The translations under genes and the position numbers were made by a program. Positions 17,254 to 27,995 of a DNA stretch of 64,000 bases are shown here, one piece after another (position 1 is the first letter of the stretch; each line of letters opens with the position of its first letter). Location: the NCBI GenBank assembly GCA_041664625.1, contig JBAYKK010000004.1, positions 2,343 to 66,342 on the forward strand, written 5' to 3'. Source of the stretch: Minisyncoccota bacterium (GTDB lineage: Bacteria > Patescibacteriota > Minisyncoccia > Phycocordibacterales > WO2-35-19). The notes below the pieces were generated by a model. The model did no database searches. It was not told where the DNA came from and saw only the letters and a program-made list of their open reading frames with translations.

Positions 17254-20115
17254 ATGAAAAAGTTTAGTTTGTTTTTCTCGATTTGCCTTAGTATCTTTAT
17301 GGTATTTGGCAGTTTTAGTATTCCAACTCTAGCTTACGAAAACAAGAGTGTTAATCTTGAGCAGGTCAAGACAGAAACCACACTTAACAATGATGCAAAT
17401 ACTCTTAATAAAATAAATTTAATATCTAGACCAGCCAACGATTTCTCACAAAATCTATTAGTGACCCAAAAAGGAAAAACTGGATTGGAAAAATCTCAAC
17501 AAATAGAAGTAAAAACCAAAGATTATGTAGACGGAGAAATTTTGGTCAAGTATAAAAATAATAAAATAAATCTACAAACTATTTCAGGCAAAGCAGCCGC
17601 TCTAAATTTTATTAATTCTAAATCGTTAGAGAAAAAAGAAGATTTGATAAAAAATAATATTTCAGTTTTGAGAATTAAAGATACAAAGACAGTAGAACAG
17701 AAGATAGCCGAATTGAAAAATGATCCAAATGTAGAATATGTTGAGCCCAATTATAGGCGTTATCCAGCGGTAATAAATACAAATGATACAAACAAAAGTA
17801 TTCTCTGGGGGTTAGATAATACGGGACAAACGATCAATGGAAGTTATGGAAATATTACAGGTACCAATGATGCCGACATTGACGCCCCTGAGGCCTGGGC
17901 GATAAGTGGGGCAACAACTTCTGTCCCAGTTATAGTAGCCGTGATAGACAGTGGCGTAGCCTATAACCATCCTGATTTAGTCGCAAATATGTGGGATGGA
18001 TCAAATTGTAAAGATGAAAATGGTAATGCTTTAGGTGGTTGCAATTATGGGTATGATTATGAAGATAATGACAAAACTCCACTTCCATCTTTTTCTTCTC
18101 ACGGAACTCATATTGCCGGAACAATAGCTGCGGCAATAAATAATGGCAAGGGTATAATCGGGGTGGCCCCAAATGCCAAAATAATGGCAATCAAATATGG
18201 TTTTAATGTTGCTTCAGAAATAAAGTCCATTGATTTTGCTATTCAAAATGGGGCGAAAGTAATCAATGCCAGTTTTGATGGTACCGAGTTTTCACAATCA
18301 GAATATGATGCTATTAACCGTTTTAAAACTGCGGGAGGAATTTTAATTGCTGCTGCTGGTAACGAGTCGACTAATAATGAAAGCGTTCATCTTTATCCTT
18401 CGGATTACAATTTGGATAATATTATTTCAACTGCGGCTACAGACCAAAATGATGCTTTGGCCACCTTTTCTAATTATGGAATAACATCTGTTGATGTTGG
18501 TGCTCCTGGAACAAATATTTATAGTACTGTTCCTTCGGAAACGGCTGTAGTATCTGAAAGTTTTGAAAGTCTAACACCACCAAATATTCCTAGTGGTTGG
18601 ATTAAAGGTGGAGCCAATAATAATTGGGGAACATATTCGCTAGATAGTGGCACTTTTTGGGGTAAAGTATTGTACGGAGATCTTGCATACCCATACGCTG
18701 ATAACAGAAATACTACTATTACATCTCCAGTATATAATTTAAGTATCGGGGGGGCCAATATCGATTTTTGGACTAAATGTGATACGGAATATATCACTGA
18801 TGGCTGGGCTGATTATATGCAATTAGAATATAGTGCTGATGGAGTTAATTTTTCTCCAGCGGTTGACCCGTTCTTTGGGGGAGAGTTTAGATGGGATGAA
18901 CCAACTCTCGATATTCTGAATGAGGAAAATCCTCTGAATAGTGCTAATGGGGCGTTATTTCATTATTCAAACATATCAATACCGGCTCAATATTTAACCA
19001 GTAATTTCAAGTTCCGTTTTCGCTGGGTGACTAATGCTTCAAATAATAATTATGACGGTTGTCTTGTTGATGATGTAAAAATTACTAAATTTAGTGATGG
19101 TTCTGATGAAAAATATGATTATAGTGACGGTACTTCAATGGCTACACCACATGTCGCCGGTCTCACCGCATTAGTTGAAGGATATAATCCTGGCCTTTCA
19201 CTAATACAGGTGAAAAATATTATATTAACAATGGGTGATAGTTTATCATCTTTATCTGGTAAAACAGTTTCTGGCAAAAGAATAAATGTGCAAAAAACGC
19301 TACAAGCTGCTAATCCTGCAAAAGCTATTACCGCATTTAGTTTTGCAACCCCAGTAGCCACTGGTGTTATTGATGAAATTACCCACACAATTACATTAAC
19401 CGTTCCATTTGGAACCGATGTTACTGCTCTTATTCCAACTATTGCAACTTCTACCGGATCGTCAGTTAGCCCAGCTAGTGGTGTGGTTAACAATTTTACA
19501 GCTACATCAACTTATACAGTCACGGCTGCTGATGGGTCCACTCAAGCTTATGCTGTGGCAGTAACTGTTGCACCTGCCGCAAGTCATACAATTTCTGGAA
19601 TAATAAAATATTATGACGGGATAAAAGTAATTCCAAATGCTACTGTGATTTTAGAAAATAGTATTGGCACCCAAATAGCCACTACTACAACAAATACAAG
19701 TGGAGCTTATCAATTTACAGAAGTTGCGAATGGGGGTAATTATGTTGTTAGAGTTTCCAAAGATGACAATTTTTCTTCTACCGGAGTTACTGTCTCAGAT
19801 TTGATAGTTATTAAAAAACATACCCTAGGAACGGAATTGACGGATATTTATGAAAAAATTGCTGCTGATTTTAATTCTAGTCAATCAATAACAGTATCCG
19901 ATTTAATAATGCTTAAAAAATTTACCTTAGAACGAATAGACGGGAGACCTGCTTCTTCTTGGAGATTTTATTCATCTAATGTTACGCCAGATGCAACAAA
20001 TTATTTGACCGTTGGCCAGACTAGAACTTACAGTAATTTAACGGCCAATACTCCCAACCAAGATTTTGTTGGTATAAAAATGGGAGATGTAAATAATTCG
20101 TGGGTTAGCAATTAA
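17254..20115 (+). CDS. Secreted S8 subtilase with inserted beta-sandwich, Ig-like domains and C-terminal dockerin-like domain
   Basis: Signal peptide; VAVIDSG, SHGTHIAG, AAAGN, GTSMATPHVAG; duplicated D...VTVSDL..IKK repeat at the C-terminus. Confidence 0.9.
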   Translation: MKKFSLFFSICLSIFMVFGSFSIPTLAYENKSVNLEQVKTETTLNNDANTLNKINLISRPANDFSQNLLVTQKGKTGLEKSQQIEVKTKDYVDGEILVKYKNNKINLQTISGKAAALNFINSKSLEKKEDLIKNNISVLRIKDTKTVEQKIAELKNDPNVEYVEPNYRRYPAVINTNDTNKSILWGLDNTGQTINGSYGNITGTNDADIDAPEAWAISGATTSVPVIVAVIDSGVAYNHPDLVANMWDGSNCKDENGNALGGCNYGYDYEDNDKTPLPSFSSHGTHIAGTIAAAINNGKGIIGVAPNAKIMAIKYGFNVASEIKSIDFAIQNGAKVINASFDGTEFSQSEYDAINRFKTAGGILIAAAGNESTNNESVHLYPSDYNLDNIISTAATDQNDALATFSNYGITSVDVGAPGTNIYSTVPSETAVVSESFESLTPPNIPSGWIKGGANNNWGTYSLDSGTFWGKVLYGDLAYPYADNRNTTITSPVYNLSIGGANIDFWTKCDTEYITDGWADYMQLEYSADGVNFSPAVDPFFGGEFRWDEPTLDILNEENPLNSANGALFHYSNISIPAQYLTSNFKFRFRWVTNASNNNYDGCLVDDVKITKFSDGSDEKYDYSDGTSMATPHVAGLTALVEGYNPGLSLIQVKNIILTMGDSLSSLSGKTVSGKRINVQKTLQAANPAKAITAFSFATPVATGVIDEITHTITLTVPFGTDVTALIPTIATSTGSSVSPASGVVNNFTATSTYTVTAADGSTQAYAVAVTVAPAASHTISGIIKYYDGIKVIPNATVILENSIGTQIATTTTNTSGAYQFTEVANGGNYVVRVSKDDNFSSTGVTVSDLIVIKKHTLGTELTDIYEKIAADFNSSQSITVSDLIMLKKFTLERIDGRPASSWRFYSSNVTPDATNYLTVGQTRTYSNLTANTPNQDFVGIKMGDVNNSWVSN

Positions 20116-20145
20116 AAAATTAATAATAATTAGTATAAAAATAAT

Positions 20146-23100
20146 ATGAAAAACAAATTATCGAAAAATATTAAAACAATTTCAAGCTATGTGCTTGCTT
20201 TATCAATCGTCGTTTCGAGTTTTGGTTTTGTCCCGATAGCACAAGCGGACATAACATCAACATTAACGATTGGCTCTCAGACGGCTGCATATAACGATAT
20301 TATAACTGTTCCCGTAACAGCAAATATTGTAAATATTCAAGGAATTCAACTTAGCATAAATTATCCTGAGTCAATGTTGAGATATGTTGGGTGTTCTTCT
20401 ACTCATATTGTCTGTTCTACTGATGTGGCTTCTTCCACTAATAAAATCAATCTTACCTGGTATGATGTGTTAAATTTTTTGACTTTAAATAATGAAGATT
20501 TGTTGTCGTTACAGTTTCAAGTAGTAAGTTCTGGTGTTACCGATACAGTTTTATCTTTTACACCTGTAGAGGTAATAAATAATATTGGTACTGACATTAC
20601 TGGGAACATTACCTTTAATTCAGGTACACTCACTTTAAATCCTGTCGCAACGCTCTCTAGTGTAGCCATTACTCATCCGGCGAATAAATTAACTTATACC
20701 GTCGGTGATGCATTAGACATTACGGGCTTAGTAGTTACCGGAACCTATAGTGATGCATCTACTGAAGTTGAGACTATTACAACAGCAAACGTAACCGGTT
20801 TTGACAGCTCGGTTCCAGCGACTGGTCAGGTTTTGACCATTACTGTTGAGGGGCAGACTGTGACTTATACAATTGATGTAGTTGATGCCCCCGACACCAC
20901 ACCGCCAACAATATCACTTTTTTATCCAGCTGATAATGCAACCAATGTATCAGTGGATGTCCAACCCACTTTGACTTTTTCTGAAGCCATTGATACCTCT
21001 ACAATGAATGGAGAAAACATTGAATTGCGTGAGTATGCCACACTTTCATCTGATGCAGAAAAAGTACCTGCGGCACTAACTTATTCTATAGGAAACAAAG
21101 TGACTTTTATTTTGTCTTCTCCTCTGGAACACAACAAACAGTATTACTTTTTCGTTGGGACGGGAGTTAAAGATATTGCCGGAAACAGTTTTGCCGCTGA
21201 CACATGGTACCATGCTCAAAGAGCAAATCATGAATTTACCACTGAAGCCCTGCCAGTCACACTGTCAAGTCTTACAATTACACATTTAGCAAACAAACTT
21301 TCTTATTTCGTGGGTGAACCATTAGATATCACAGGATTAGAAATTACTGGACATTATAGCGATGGCTCTACTGAGATTGTGACACCAGTTGTTGTGACAG
21401 GCTTTGATAGTTCAGCACCTGTTACTGGTCAGGTTTTGACTGCCACATTTGGAGGGAAAAGCACGACTTACATGGTTGATATTATTGTTGATGTTGGATC
21501 AATTGGTTCAACCAAAACAATCACTGCTTTTACTATTCCCGGTCAAATAGGCGAAACAATAATTAATGAGGAAGATCATACTGTTAATTTAACGATGCCT
21601 TATGGAACCGATAAGACTAATCTTATTCCGAATATTGTTATTGACGGTTCATCTATTGATCCTAATACCGGCGTTGCTCAAGACTTCACAAATCCGATTA
21701 TTTACAAAGTTACTGCAGCAGATACTACAACCCAAGATTATATAGTAACGATAAATGTGGCGGCCAATTCTGCCAAAGATATTGTTTCTTTCAGTTTTCC
21801 AGAGGGTAATGGTGTTATTACTGGAACCAATATTGCAGTAACCGTTCCATTTGGTACCGATATTACTGATCTCGTGCCGACCATTGTACTTTCCGGAGGA
21901 ACAATTAGCCCATTAAGCGAAGTGGCTCAAAATTTCACAAACTCGGTAACCTATACAGTTACGGCATCTGATGGTTTAACCAAAACGTATACAGTAACTG
22001 TCACTGTGGCTCCTAATAGTGCAGCAAATATTCTCTCCTTCAATTCTACCTTTCCCGTTGCAGTGGGTGTTATCAGCGGGGCCAATATTAATTTAACTTT
22101 ACCTTTCGGGACAAGTTTGGTTGATCTTCCGATAACTATTTCACTTTCTACTGGTGCTTCTGTCCTTCCAGCCACCAGCAATACAACTTTTACTGATGGA
22201 GTTGCAACAATTTATACGGTTACAGCCCAAGATGGTGTAACGACACAAAATTACTCAGTGACAGTAAATGTCGCTCCTAACACCGCCAAAGAAATTACCT
22301 CATTTAATTTTGAGGGCTTAACCCCGAGTGTCACTGGTATTATTAATGGGACCAATATTACTCTGAATGTGCCTTATGGTACTGATATAACCAATCTCGT
22401 CCCTACTATAGGAATTACTGGATCATCAGTAAATCCGGTAAGTGGTATAACTCAAGATTTTACTAACCCATCAACCTATACTGTTACTGCGGCTGATGGT
22501 ACAACTCAAAATTATACAGTAACGGTAGTTATCGCAGCACCATCTGACCTAACATTACTGGCTGCCGCTATTACCTCAGCACAGGCACTACACGATGCTG
22601 CCGTAGAAGGAAATTCTGTTGGTGAATATCCAGCACCTCTTAAAGCTAACTTACAAACAGCCATTAATACTGCCTCTACCATAACTCCTGCCTCTGCTCA
22701 GTCTGTCGTAGATGCTGCAGTTACCACCCTAAACGCCGCTGTTGCTACATTTGAAGCCGGTGTAGTTCTACCTGATACCACAGCACCAGTCATTACTCTT
22801 AATGGATCTTCACCTATGAATATGACCATTGGTCAAACCTATACGGAGCCGGGTGCTACTGCAACTGATAATGTAGACGCCTCTGTGTCAGTCACCGTTG
22901 GAGGAGACAATGTTGATACTTCTGTTGTTGGTACTTATGAAGTGACTTATAATGCCGTTGATGCCGCTGGCAATCATGCAACTCAAGTAGTTCGCACAGT
23001 AGTTATTTCTGATCTGGTTGTTTCTACAGAAGAAACAGCGAGTCCAACTACTGACAGCATTACTATCACTTGGACTACAAGCCACCCATCAACAAGCAGA

Positions 23101-23766
23101 GTAATTTATGACATCGTTTCTCATAATCCAATAATTGATCCTGCTCCAAATTACGGATATTCCAATTCTACCATTGAAGATGCAACACTTGTTACCGCAC
23201 ATTCAGTAACAGTAAATGGACTTTCATCTGGCACCACCTATTACTTCAGACCGGTATCTCATGGTTCGCCTGAAATTGTCGGGGATGAGGTCAGTGTTAC
23301 TACAACGACACCTACTCCGGTTTCCAGCTCTTCTGGTAGTAGAAGTGGTGGAAGCAGCAGTTCATCTGGTAGCCGACATTTAGTAGTTACAACTCCGGTC
23401 GTTGCCCCAACTGTTGGAATTGTTCTTGGATCAAGTGCTTATAACTTCACTCGTAATCTTTCTGTCGGTTCTTTTGGAAATGATGTCACAGAATTACAAA
23501 ACAGGTTAATTTCAGCTGGAGTTTATTCGGGTCCTATAACAGGATACTTTGGATCGCTGACTCAAGCTGCGGTTCAAGCTTTCCAAGCTAAATACGGAAT
23601 CAGTTCGACCGGTTTTGTTGGACCACTCACTCTTGCTCAGCTCAACCAAGGAACTCAGGCTGTTCTCGGAGTTCAGACTACTAACTTTTCTGCCATACTT
23701 GCCCAACTTGATTTCATAAGAACTCAAGCTATGCAAATTTTGCAGACTCTCCAAAATATGCAATAA
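20146..23766 (+). CDS. Large surface protein: cohesin-like N-domain, Ig-like repeats, FIVAR-like helix, FN3, C-terminal peptidoglycan-binding domain
   Basis: Signal peptide; ITVPV..NIQGIQLSINY...LLSLQF.V; repeated VPFGTD.T.L.PTI and YTVTA.DG; C-terminal LSVGS.G.DV.ELQ..L...GYFG.LT..AV..FQ. Confidence 0.85.
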   Translation: MKNKLSKNIKTISSYVLALSIVVSSFGFVPIAQADITSTLTIGSQTAAYNDIITVPVTANIVNIQGIQLSINYPESMLRYVGCSSTHIVCSTDVASSTNKINLTWYDVLNFLTLNNEDLLSLQFQVVSSGVTDTVLSFTPVEVINNIGTDITGNITFNSGTLTLNPVATLSSVAITHPANKLTYTVGDALDITGLVVTGTYSDASTEVETITTANVTGFDSSVPATGQVLTITVEGQTVTYTIDVVDAPDTTPPTISLFYPADNATNVSVDVQPTLTFSEAIDTSTMNGENIELREYATLSSDAEKVPAALTYSIGNKVTFILSSPLEHNKQYYFFVGTGVKDIAGNSFAADTWYHAQRANHEFTTEALPVTLSSLTITHLANKLSYFVGEPLDITGLEITGHYSDGSTEIVTPVVVTGFDSSAPVTGQVLTATFGGKSTTYMVDIIVDVGSIGSTKTITAFTIPGQIGETIINEEDHTVNLTMPYGTDKTNLIPNIVIDGSSIDPNTGVAQDFTNPIIYKVTAADTTTQDYIVTINVAANSAKDIVSFSFPEGNGVITGTNIAVTVPFGTDITDLVPTIVLSGGTISPLSEVAQNFTNSVTYTVTASDGLTKTYTVTVTVAPNSAANILSFNSTFPVAVGVISGANINLTLPFGTSLVDLPITISLSTGASVLPATSNTTFTDGVATIYTVTAQDGVTTQNYSVTVNVAPNTAKEITSFNFEGLTPSVTGIINGTNITLNVPYGTDITNLVPTIGITGSSVNPVSGITQDFTNPSTYTVTAADGTTQNYTVTVVIAAPSDLTLLAAAITSAQALHDAAVEGNSVGEYPAPLKANLQTAINTASTITPASAQSVVDAAVTTLNAAVATFEAGVVLPDTTAPVITLNGSSPMNMTIGQTYTEPGATATDNVDASVSVTVGGDNVDTSVVGTYEVTYNAVDAAGNHATQVVRTVVISDLVVSTEETASPTTDSITITWTTSHPSTSRVIYDIVSHNPIIDPAPNYGYSNSTIEDATLVTAHSVTVNGLSSGTTYYFRPVSHGSPEIVGDEVSVTTTTPTPVSSSSGSRSGGSSSSSGSRHLVVTTPVVAPTVGIVLGSSAYNFTRNLSVGSFGNDVTELQNRLISAGVYSGPITGYFGSLTQAAVQAFQAKYGISSTGFVGPLTLAQLNQGTQAVLGVQTTNFSAILAQLDFIRTQAMQILQTLQNMQ

Positions 23767-23793
23767 GTCAATCCAATAATAAGGGTAAAGTGC

Positions 23794-23834
23794 GAACCAA
23801 AAAACAACAGCAAACGCCGTTGTTTTTTGGTTCA
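23794..23834. terminator. Bidirectional terminator
   Basis: gaaccaaaaaacaac...gttgttttttggttc between convergent genes. Confidence 0.75.
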
Positions 23835-23838
23835 ATAA

Positions 23839-24342
23839 TTATTTCTCCGGCTTGCCAAAAAGCTGAACTACAAAAATAGCCTCTCTCCCCTTATATATAC
23901 CTGTCGAAGTTGCGATTCCAATCTCGATAAATTTGTTATTCATAATATTGGTAAAATGTTTCGGTGAATTCATCCAAGCGGTTTCTATATCATCACTATC
24001 TTCAAAATTTACAGCCAAATTTTCTCCCGCGTATTCATATTTATAACCAGCTTGCTCAAACCAATACCAAGGTGTTTTGCCATCAGGCGTATTATGTGAA
24101 AAATAACCTTTAGCTGCCATATCGTCAGCTTTCATTTGTGCCGCTTTTTCTAAAACAGGATTGACTTTGAGTTCAGAAAGATTGGCAGACGCACGATTTT
24201 TATTGGTAAGGTTGACCAAGACTGAAGCATAGACGCTTGAAAGAGCTTCAAAAACTGAGGATCTGAAATTCAATAAAAAAGAAAACCCAATTACAACCAC
24301 GATCATGGTGATTGTAAGTTTTTTGTAGTTTCGCTTTGACAT
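23839..24342 (-). CDS. CAP/SCP domain protein
   Basis: LTNKNR...AAQMKADDM..GYFSH..AGENLA..WMNSPKH..NI. Confidence 0.9.
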   Translation of the reverse strand: MSKRNYKKLTITMIVVVIGFSFLLNFRSSVFEALSSVYASVLVNLTNKNRASANLSELKVNPVLEKAAQMKADDMAAKGYFSHNTPDGKTPWYWFEQAGYKYEYAGENLAVNFEDSDDIETAWMNSPKHFTNIMNNKFIEIGIATSTGIYKGREAIFVVQLFGKPEK

Positions 24343-24384
24343 TATAAGTTAACTATATAGAAAAAAGGTGATTTTTCAAGTTAA

Positions 24385-25083
24385 TTATAGAAATCCCATA
24401 CTTTTCAAAATACCGATTCTATATTCGGAAGCTGGCATATCAAAATTTATCGTCTTGATTTTATTTTTCAATAATTTACGGAAATACAAAGATACGGAAA
24501 AAATATGTAATTTTTCAAATTCAGTTTTTATAGCAGAGTTATTGAAAGACTTTATAGAAACATTGAAAAATGGATCGAGCCTGTCCGACTTGGATATTGG
24601 CATCCAGTATATAAGCAGTGGCTGTGTCTTTGAATATTCTTTCGGTAATTTCATTTTGCCAAAAACTTTTGTTACTCCACTAGGGTATTTTTCATTTGAA
24701 AATTCTGTTTTCATCTGATGAGACCAATAATTATTCGTAACTTTTTTAGTTTCTTCTTCATCGGCATTTACAGCCAAGAACTTACCACCTATGGCAGTAG
24801 CCGACCAGTTTTTTATCTCGCATTGGAATAATGTCTTATTACCACCCTTATCTACTTCTATCCATCTATCCAATCTTTTCCCTTTTGAAGTCCCCGGGGT
24901 AACACAAAGAGGTTTTGAATTATCATCACAAAGGATTTTTGCCTTGCCGCCATTATTGTCTATGTAATGTTTGAAAGCACATGCATTGAGTTCCTCGCCG
25001 ATCATACCAACTATTGCACTTGCGTGTCCACGCACTGAAGGATTGTCCAAAAATTCCAAACATTTTATTATATTTATTTTCAT
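24385..25083 (-). CDS. Hypothetical PD-(D/E)xK-like nuclease
   Basis: G.IGEE helix, RLDRWI, FQCEIKNW motif spacing. Confidence 0.55.
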   Translation of the reverse strand: MKINIIKCLEFLDNPSVRGHASAIVGMIGEELNACAFKHYIDNNGGKAKILCDDNSKPLCVTPGTSKGKRLDRWIEVDKGGNKTLFQCEIKNWSATAIGGKFLAVNADEEETKKVTNNYWSHQMKTEFSNEKYPSGVTKVFGKMKLPKEYSKTQPLLIYWMPISKSDRLDPFFNVSIKSFNNSAIKTEFEKLHIFSVSLYFRKLLKNKIKTINFDMPASEYRIGILKSMGFL

Positions 25084-25220
25084 GCCTTTAATAATGCCAC
25101 AATGTCTCCAATTATCCAGATGTTGGTAACTCCTCTTCGCAACCTTCTATATCTAAGCTAAGATACCCAACGATAGCAAAAAGTGCTATCATAACTTTGA
25201 CAACTTAATAGCAAGAGGAA

Positions 25221-25371
25221 GCCTAAACCATCCAGTCGATGGCATGGCATCCGAAGCAAGAACAACGCACGACACAAGAAAACCCGTTATTAGGGCGTGT
25301 CGTGCGTTACCAGGGGAAACTCTGGTAGAGGTTACCGCAAGGTACCTTCCTAGTAGCGGGCTTTGTTGTTC
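25221..25371 (+). ncRNA. Pseudoknotted RNA motif with GAAA tetraloop and 11-nt-type receptor, copy B
   Basis: See 16990-17132; 12-bp loop-to-3' pairing cccgttattagg/cctagtagcggg. Confidence 0.7.
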
Positions 25372-25391
25372 TTGTTTTAATCGCACGACAA

Positions 25392-26048
25392 ATGGAAAAT
25401 GAATTAAAGTCTTCCGAGGTTAAGACTAAAAATATAACCTTAGGTTCGATTATTGGTTGGATATTTGGAGTGGTAATCGGAATCACTGGAATAATTAATA
25501 TATTCAGTAATCCGCTTTCAGGTTTGTTATTTATATTAGCTACAGTCATAACTCTGCCTCCTGCAAATAAATATTTGAAGGAGAAGATGCACATCTCTCT
25601 TTCAAAAGGAGTAAAGATAGTTTTGGTACTGATACTTCTTGGGGTCGCTGGAAGTCAGGTTGGAGAAAAAGCCAAAACGGAAGCAGTTCAAACTGTCAGT
25701 CAGACAACGGAAAAAGTTGAGGAAGTGGCAGAGCTGCCAAAAATAACAGCAAAGCAGATAGTTGATGACTATAAAGCTAACGAGGTATCTGCTGATGCTA
25801 AGTACAAGGGCAAAGAATTTGAGATTTCTGGCGTAGTGGAAACTATTGGCAAAGATATTATGGATACTCCATATATAGCTCTTGAGAGTTACGAATACGC
25901 TATCATCGACAAAGTGCAGTGTATGTTCAGTAAAGGATCTGAAGCTGAATTGGCTGCAGTTTCCAAGGAGCAGAAGATAACTCTAAAAGGTGAGATATCC
26001 GGCAAGCTTGGAAATATTCTTGTGAAGAGGTGTGAGATAGTGGATTAA
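25392..26048 (+). CDS. Membrane protein with tRNA_anti-like OB-fold domain
   Basis: Three TM segments; Y..NEV.AD.KYKGK..EISG.V..I..D...L.....KITLKG...G. Confidence 0.75.
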   Translation: MENELKSSEVKTKNITLGSIIGWIFGVVIGITGIINIFSNPLSGLLFILATVITLPPANKYLKEKMHISLSKGVKIVLVLILLGVAGSQVGEKAKTEAVQTVSQTTEKVEEVAELPKITAKQIVDDYKANEVSADAKYKGKEFEISGVVETIGKDIMDTPYIALESYEYAIIDKVQCMFSKGSEAELAAVSKEQKITLKGEISGKLGNILVKRCEIVD

Positions 26049-27541
26049 TTCAAGTAATATATCCTTGGCACTACCGGCGGCGCTTCAATGACACTCAGAA
26101 CCATATTGGCAAAAGCATCGGCCAAGTCGTCGTGTTTTTCCACTCCAAAGTGAACGATCTGTTGGATCAACTGCTCCGCTCCTTCTTTTGGAAAAAGTAC
26201 TTTACCGCTTTTGATCATATTGGCTGTTAGCACCAAACGACTTCGCTTGTCTTGATTACCGGGTCGAGTCGTCATCACCTCTCTCACACCCTCGGTTTGC
26301 ATTTGTTGAGGCAGAGCTTTTTGATAGCCGACATCTTCAACAACAAACGTCGGTTCCATGCCACCATGCTCATAACTTTTATCAAACAATTTACACATTT
26401 CAACCGTCTCCGGAAAATTCATTCTTTTGTTTATAATCTTGGGCAGAATATATATCCTGTAATAGTCTTCAAGTTCATAGAGCATAGCAGGTACTATGGC
26501 TGTGTAATCAGCGGCATCGTTTTTTGAAATAGCAGGGTCAACACCAATGCGTACTTCCATGTGAGAAGAATATCCACTTCTGAATTTCATAGGTTTAGGA
26601 ATGGCATCATAGTACTGAATCCATTCCTTATGTATCGCCTGATCTTCCGCCGGAACGATATTTAAGAGATACTCTCTTTGCCACGCAAATTCATTAGCTG
26701 CTTTACTTTTTTCTTCATCAATTGTCGCCATGTCAGGATACTTACCCAACCAAAGTATCTCCCCATTTTGTATCAAAGGATACGACTTGAAGATTCCATT
26801 TATTTTCCCATTATCAATATCTTCTTTAAGACGCATGAGGAGAGAGTCTTCGTGCAAGAGGTTACCGATGATCACGAGTCTTGTGTTGCGATCTCCGGCA
26901 GGAATGACTTCACCAGTTAGCCACTGATACGTTTTATTCCTACCTTCTCTAGTCTTAGTAGAAGCAATATCTTCCAAGTCGTCGCCAATAATAAGGTCTG
27001 GTCGGTGCTGATCGTGACGTAGACCTCTGATACTTTGCTCAGAAGATACTGCCGTGATCCTGGCATTCAGTTTGGAGAAGACCAGAGATGATGAACCCCA
27101 CTCATTGTGTTCTTCTTGGAATGGTCCAAGGTCGTTTTTGAGAAGAGTGTTACTCTCCAATTCTCGACGCAAGTTCATCATATGCTGTTTAGCTTGAGCT
27201 TGGGTTTGGCACAAAATTAGCACGAACTTCTTCTGCTGTTCTCCAAGAATTGCCCAGACAGGATATGAGGTAGTAAAGATGGTCGACTTGGCCGAGCCTC
27301 TAAAGGCAACAACGAAAAGATTCTTCACGTCCTCTCTTTCACTCAAATGGAACAACTCTTTTTGGAATGGCGCTGTCGCATATTTTACGTAGTGAGCGAA
27401 GTAGAAGTGAAAGAAGAGGAAATGGCTATGTTTAGCTATTTCGCTTCTCACCTGTCTATCTGAGAACATTTTATCCGCAAGTTCTGGAGTGAGGCCGCTG
27501 TTAGGTTTGTAATTTGAACTATCATTATTTATTTTCTTCAT
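26045..27541 (-). CDS. Phage-type terminase large subunit
   Basis: Walker A AFRGSAKST, Walker B LIIGDDLED, coupling motif IGN, RNase H-like GVDPA..DYTA and HDDLADA. Confidence 0.9.
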   Translation of the reverse strand: MKKINNDSSNYKPNSGLTPELADKMFSDRQVRSEIAKHSHFLFFHFYFAHYVKYATAPFQKELFHLSEREDVKNLFVVAFRGSAKSTIFTTSYPVWAILGEQQKKFVLILCQTQAQAKQHMMNLRRELESNTLLKNDLGPFQEEHNEWGSSSLVFSKLNARITAVSSEQSIRGLRHDQHRPDLIIGDDLEDIASTKTREGRNKTYQWLTGEVIPAGDRNTRLVIIGNLLHEDSLLMRLKEDIDNGKINGIFKSYPLIQNGEILWLGKYPDMATIDEEKSKAANEFAWQREYLLNIVPAEDQAIHKEWIQYYDAIPKPMKFRSGYSSHMEVRIGVDPAISKNDAADYTAIVPAMLYELEDYYRIYILPKIINKRMNFPETVEMCKLFDKSYEHGGMEPTFVVEDVGYQKALPQQMQTEGVREVMTTRPGNQDKRSRLVLTANMIKSGKVLFPKEGAEQLIQQIVHFGVEKHDDLADAFANMVLSVIEAPPVVPRIYYLN

Positions 27542-27995
27542 GATTATTTTGATTAACATTATTAATTTCTTCTAATACTGCAGTCGGCTCCTCTTCTGGA
27601 GGAGATTCCTGTGGATTTTGCGGGGCAAGAGAAGCCAGACGAAGAGCTTCTCTCACTGTTGCTTCTTGCTCTGGAGTCAGAGCGTCTTCTTTATCAAGGT
27701 GAGCCGTAATATCAATGCGATTTTTATAAGTCGCATGATTGTTTCGAAGCCAGAACATAATTCCGGACATGTTGCCTTCCTTAATGGCAGAGATGAGCTG
27801 AGATTCAGCTAGATCATTTACCAGAAGCGAGCCGTCACGCAGAGCCTCATCCGCCTTGTCCACAAACTCCTTGTCCTCCTTTCGCCAGAAGTAATATGTG
27901 GATCGACCAATGCCTAGCTTTTGGCAAGCGGTTTCCACGATGGGAGTTTTCTTTAACTGCTCTAAAAGCAATTCTTTGTTTGCATTAGTTTTCAT
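27525..27995 (-). CDS. HTH protein, putative terminase small subunit
   Basis: PIVETACQKLGIGRSTYYFW..ED.EF...AES.L...I; overlaps the terL start. Confidence 0.75.
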   Translation of the reverse strand: MKTNANKELLLEQLKKTPIVETACQKLGIGRSTYYFWRKEDKEFVDKADEALRDGSLLVNDLAESQLISAIKEGNMSGIMFWLRNNHATYKNRIDITAHLDKEDALTPEQEATVREALRLASLAPQNPQESPPEEEPTAVLEEINNVNQNNHEENK

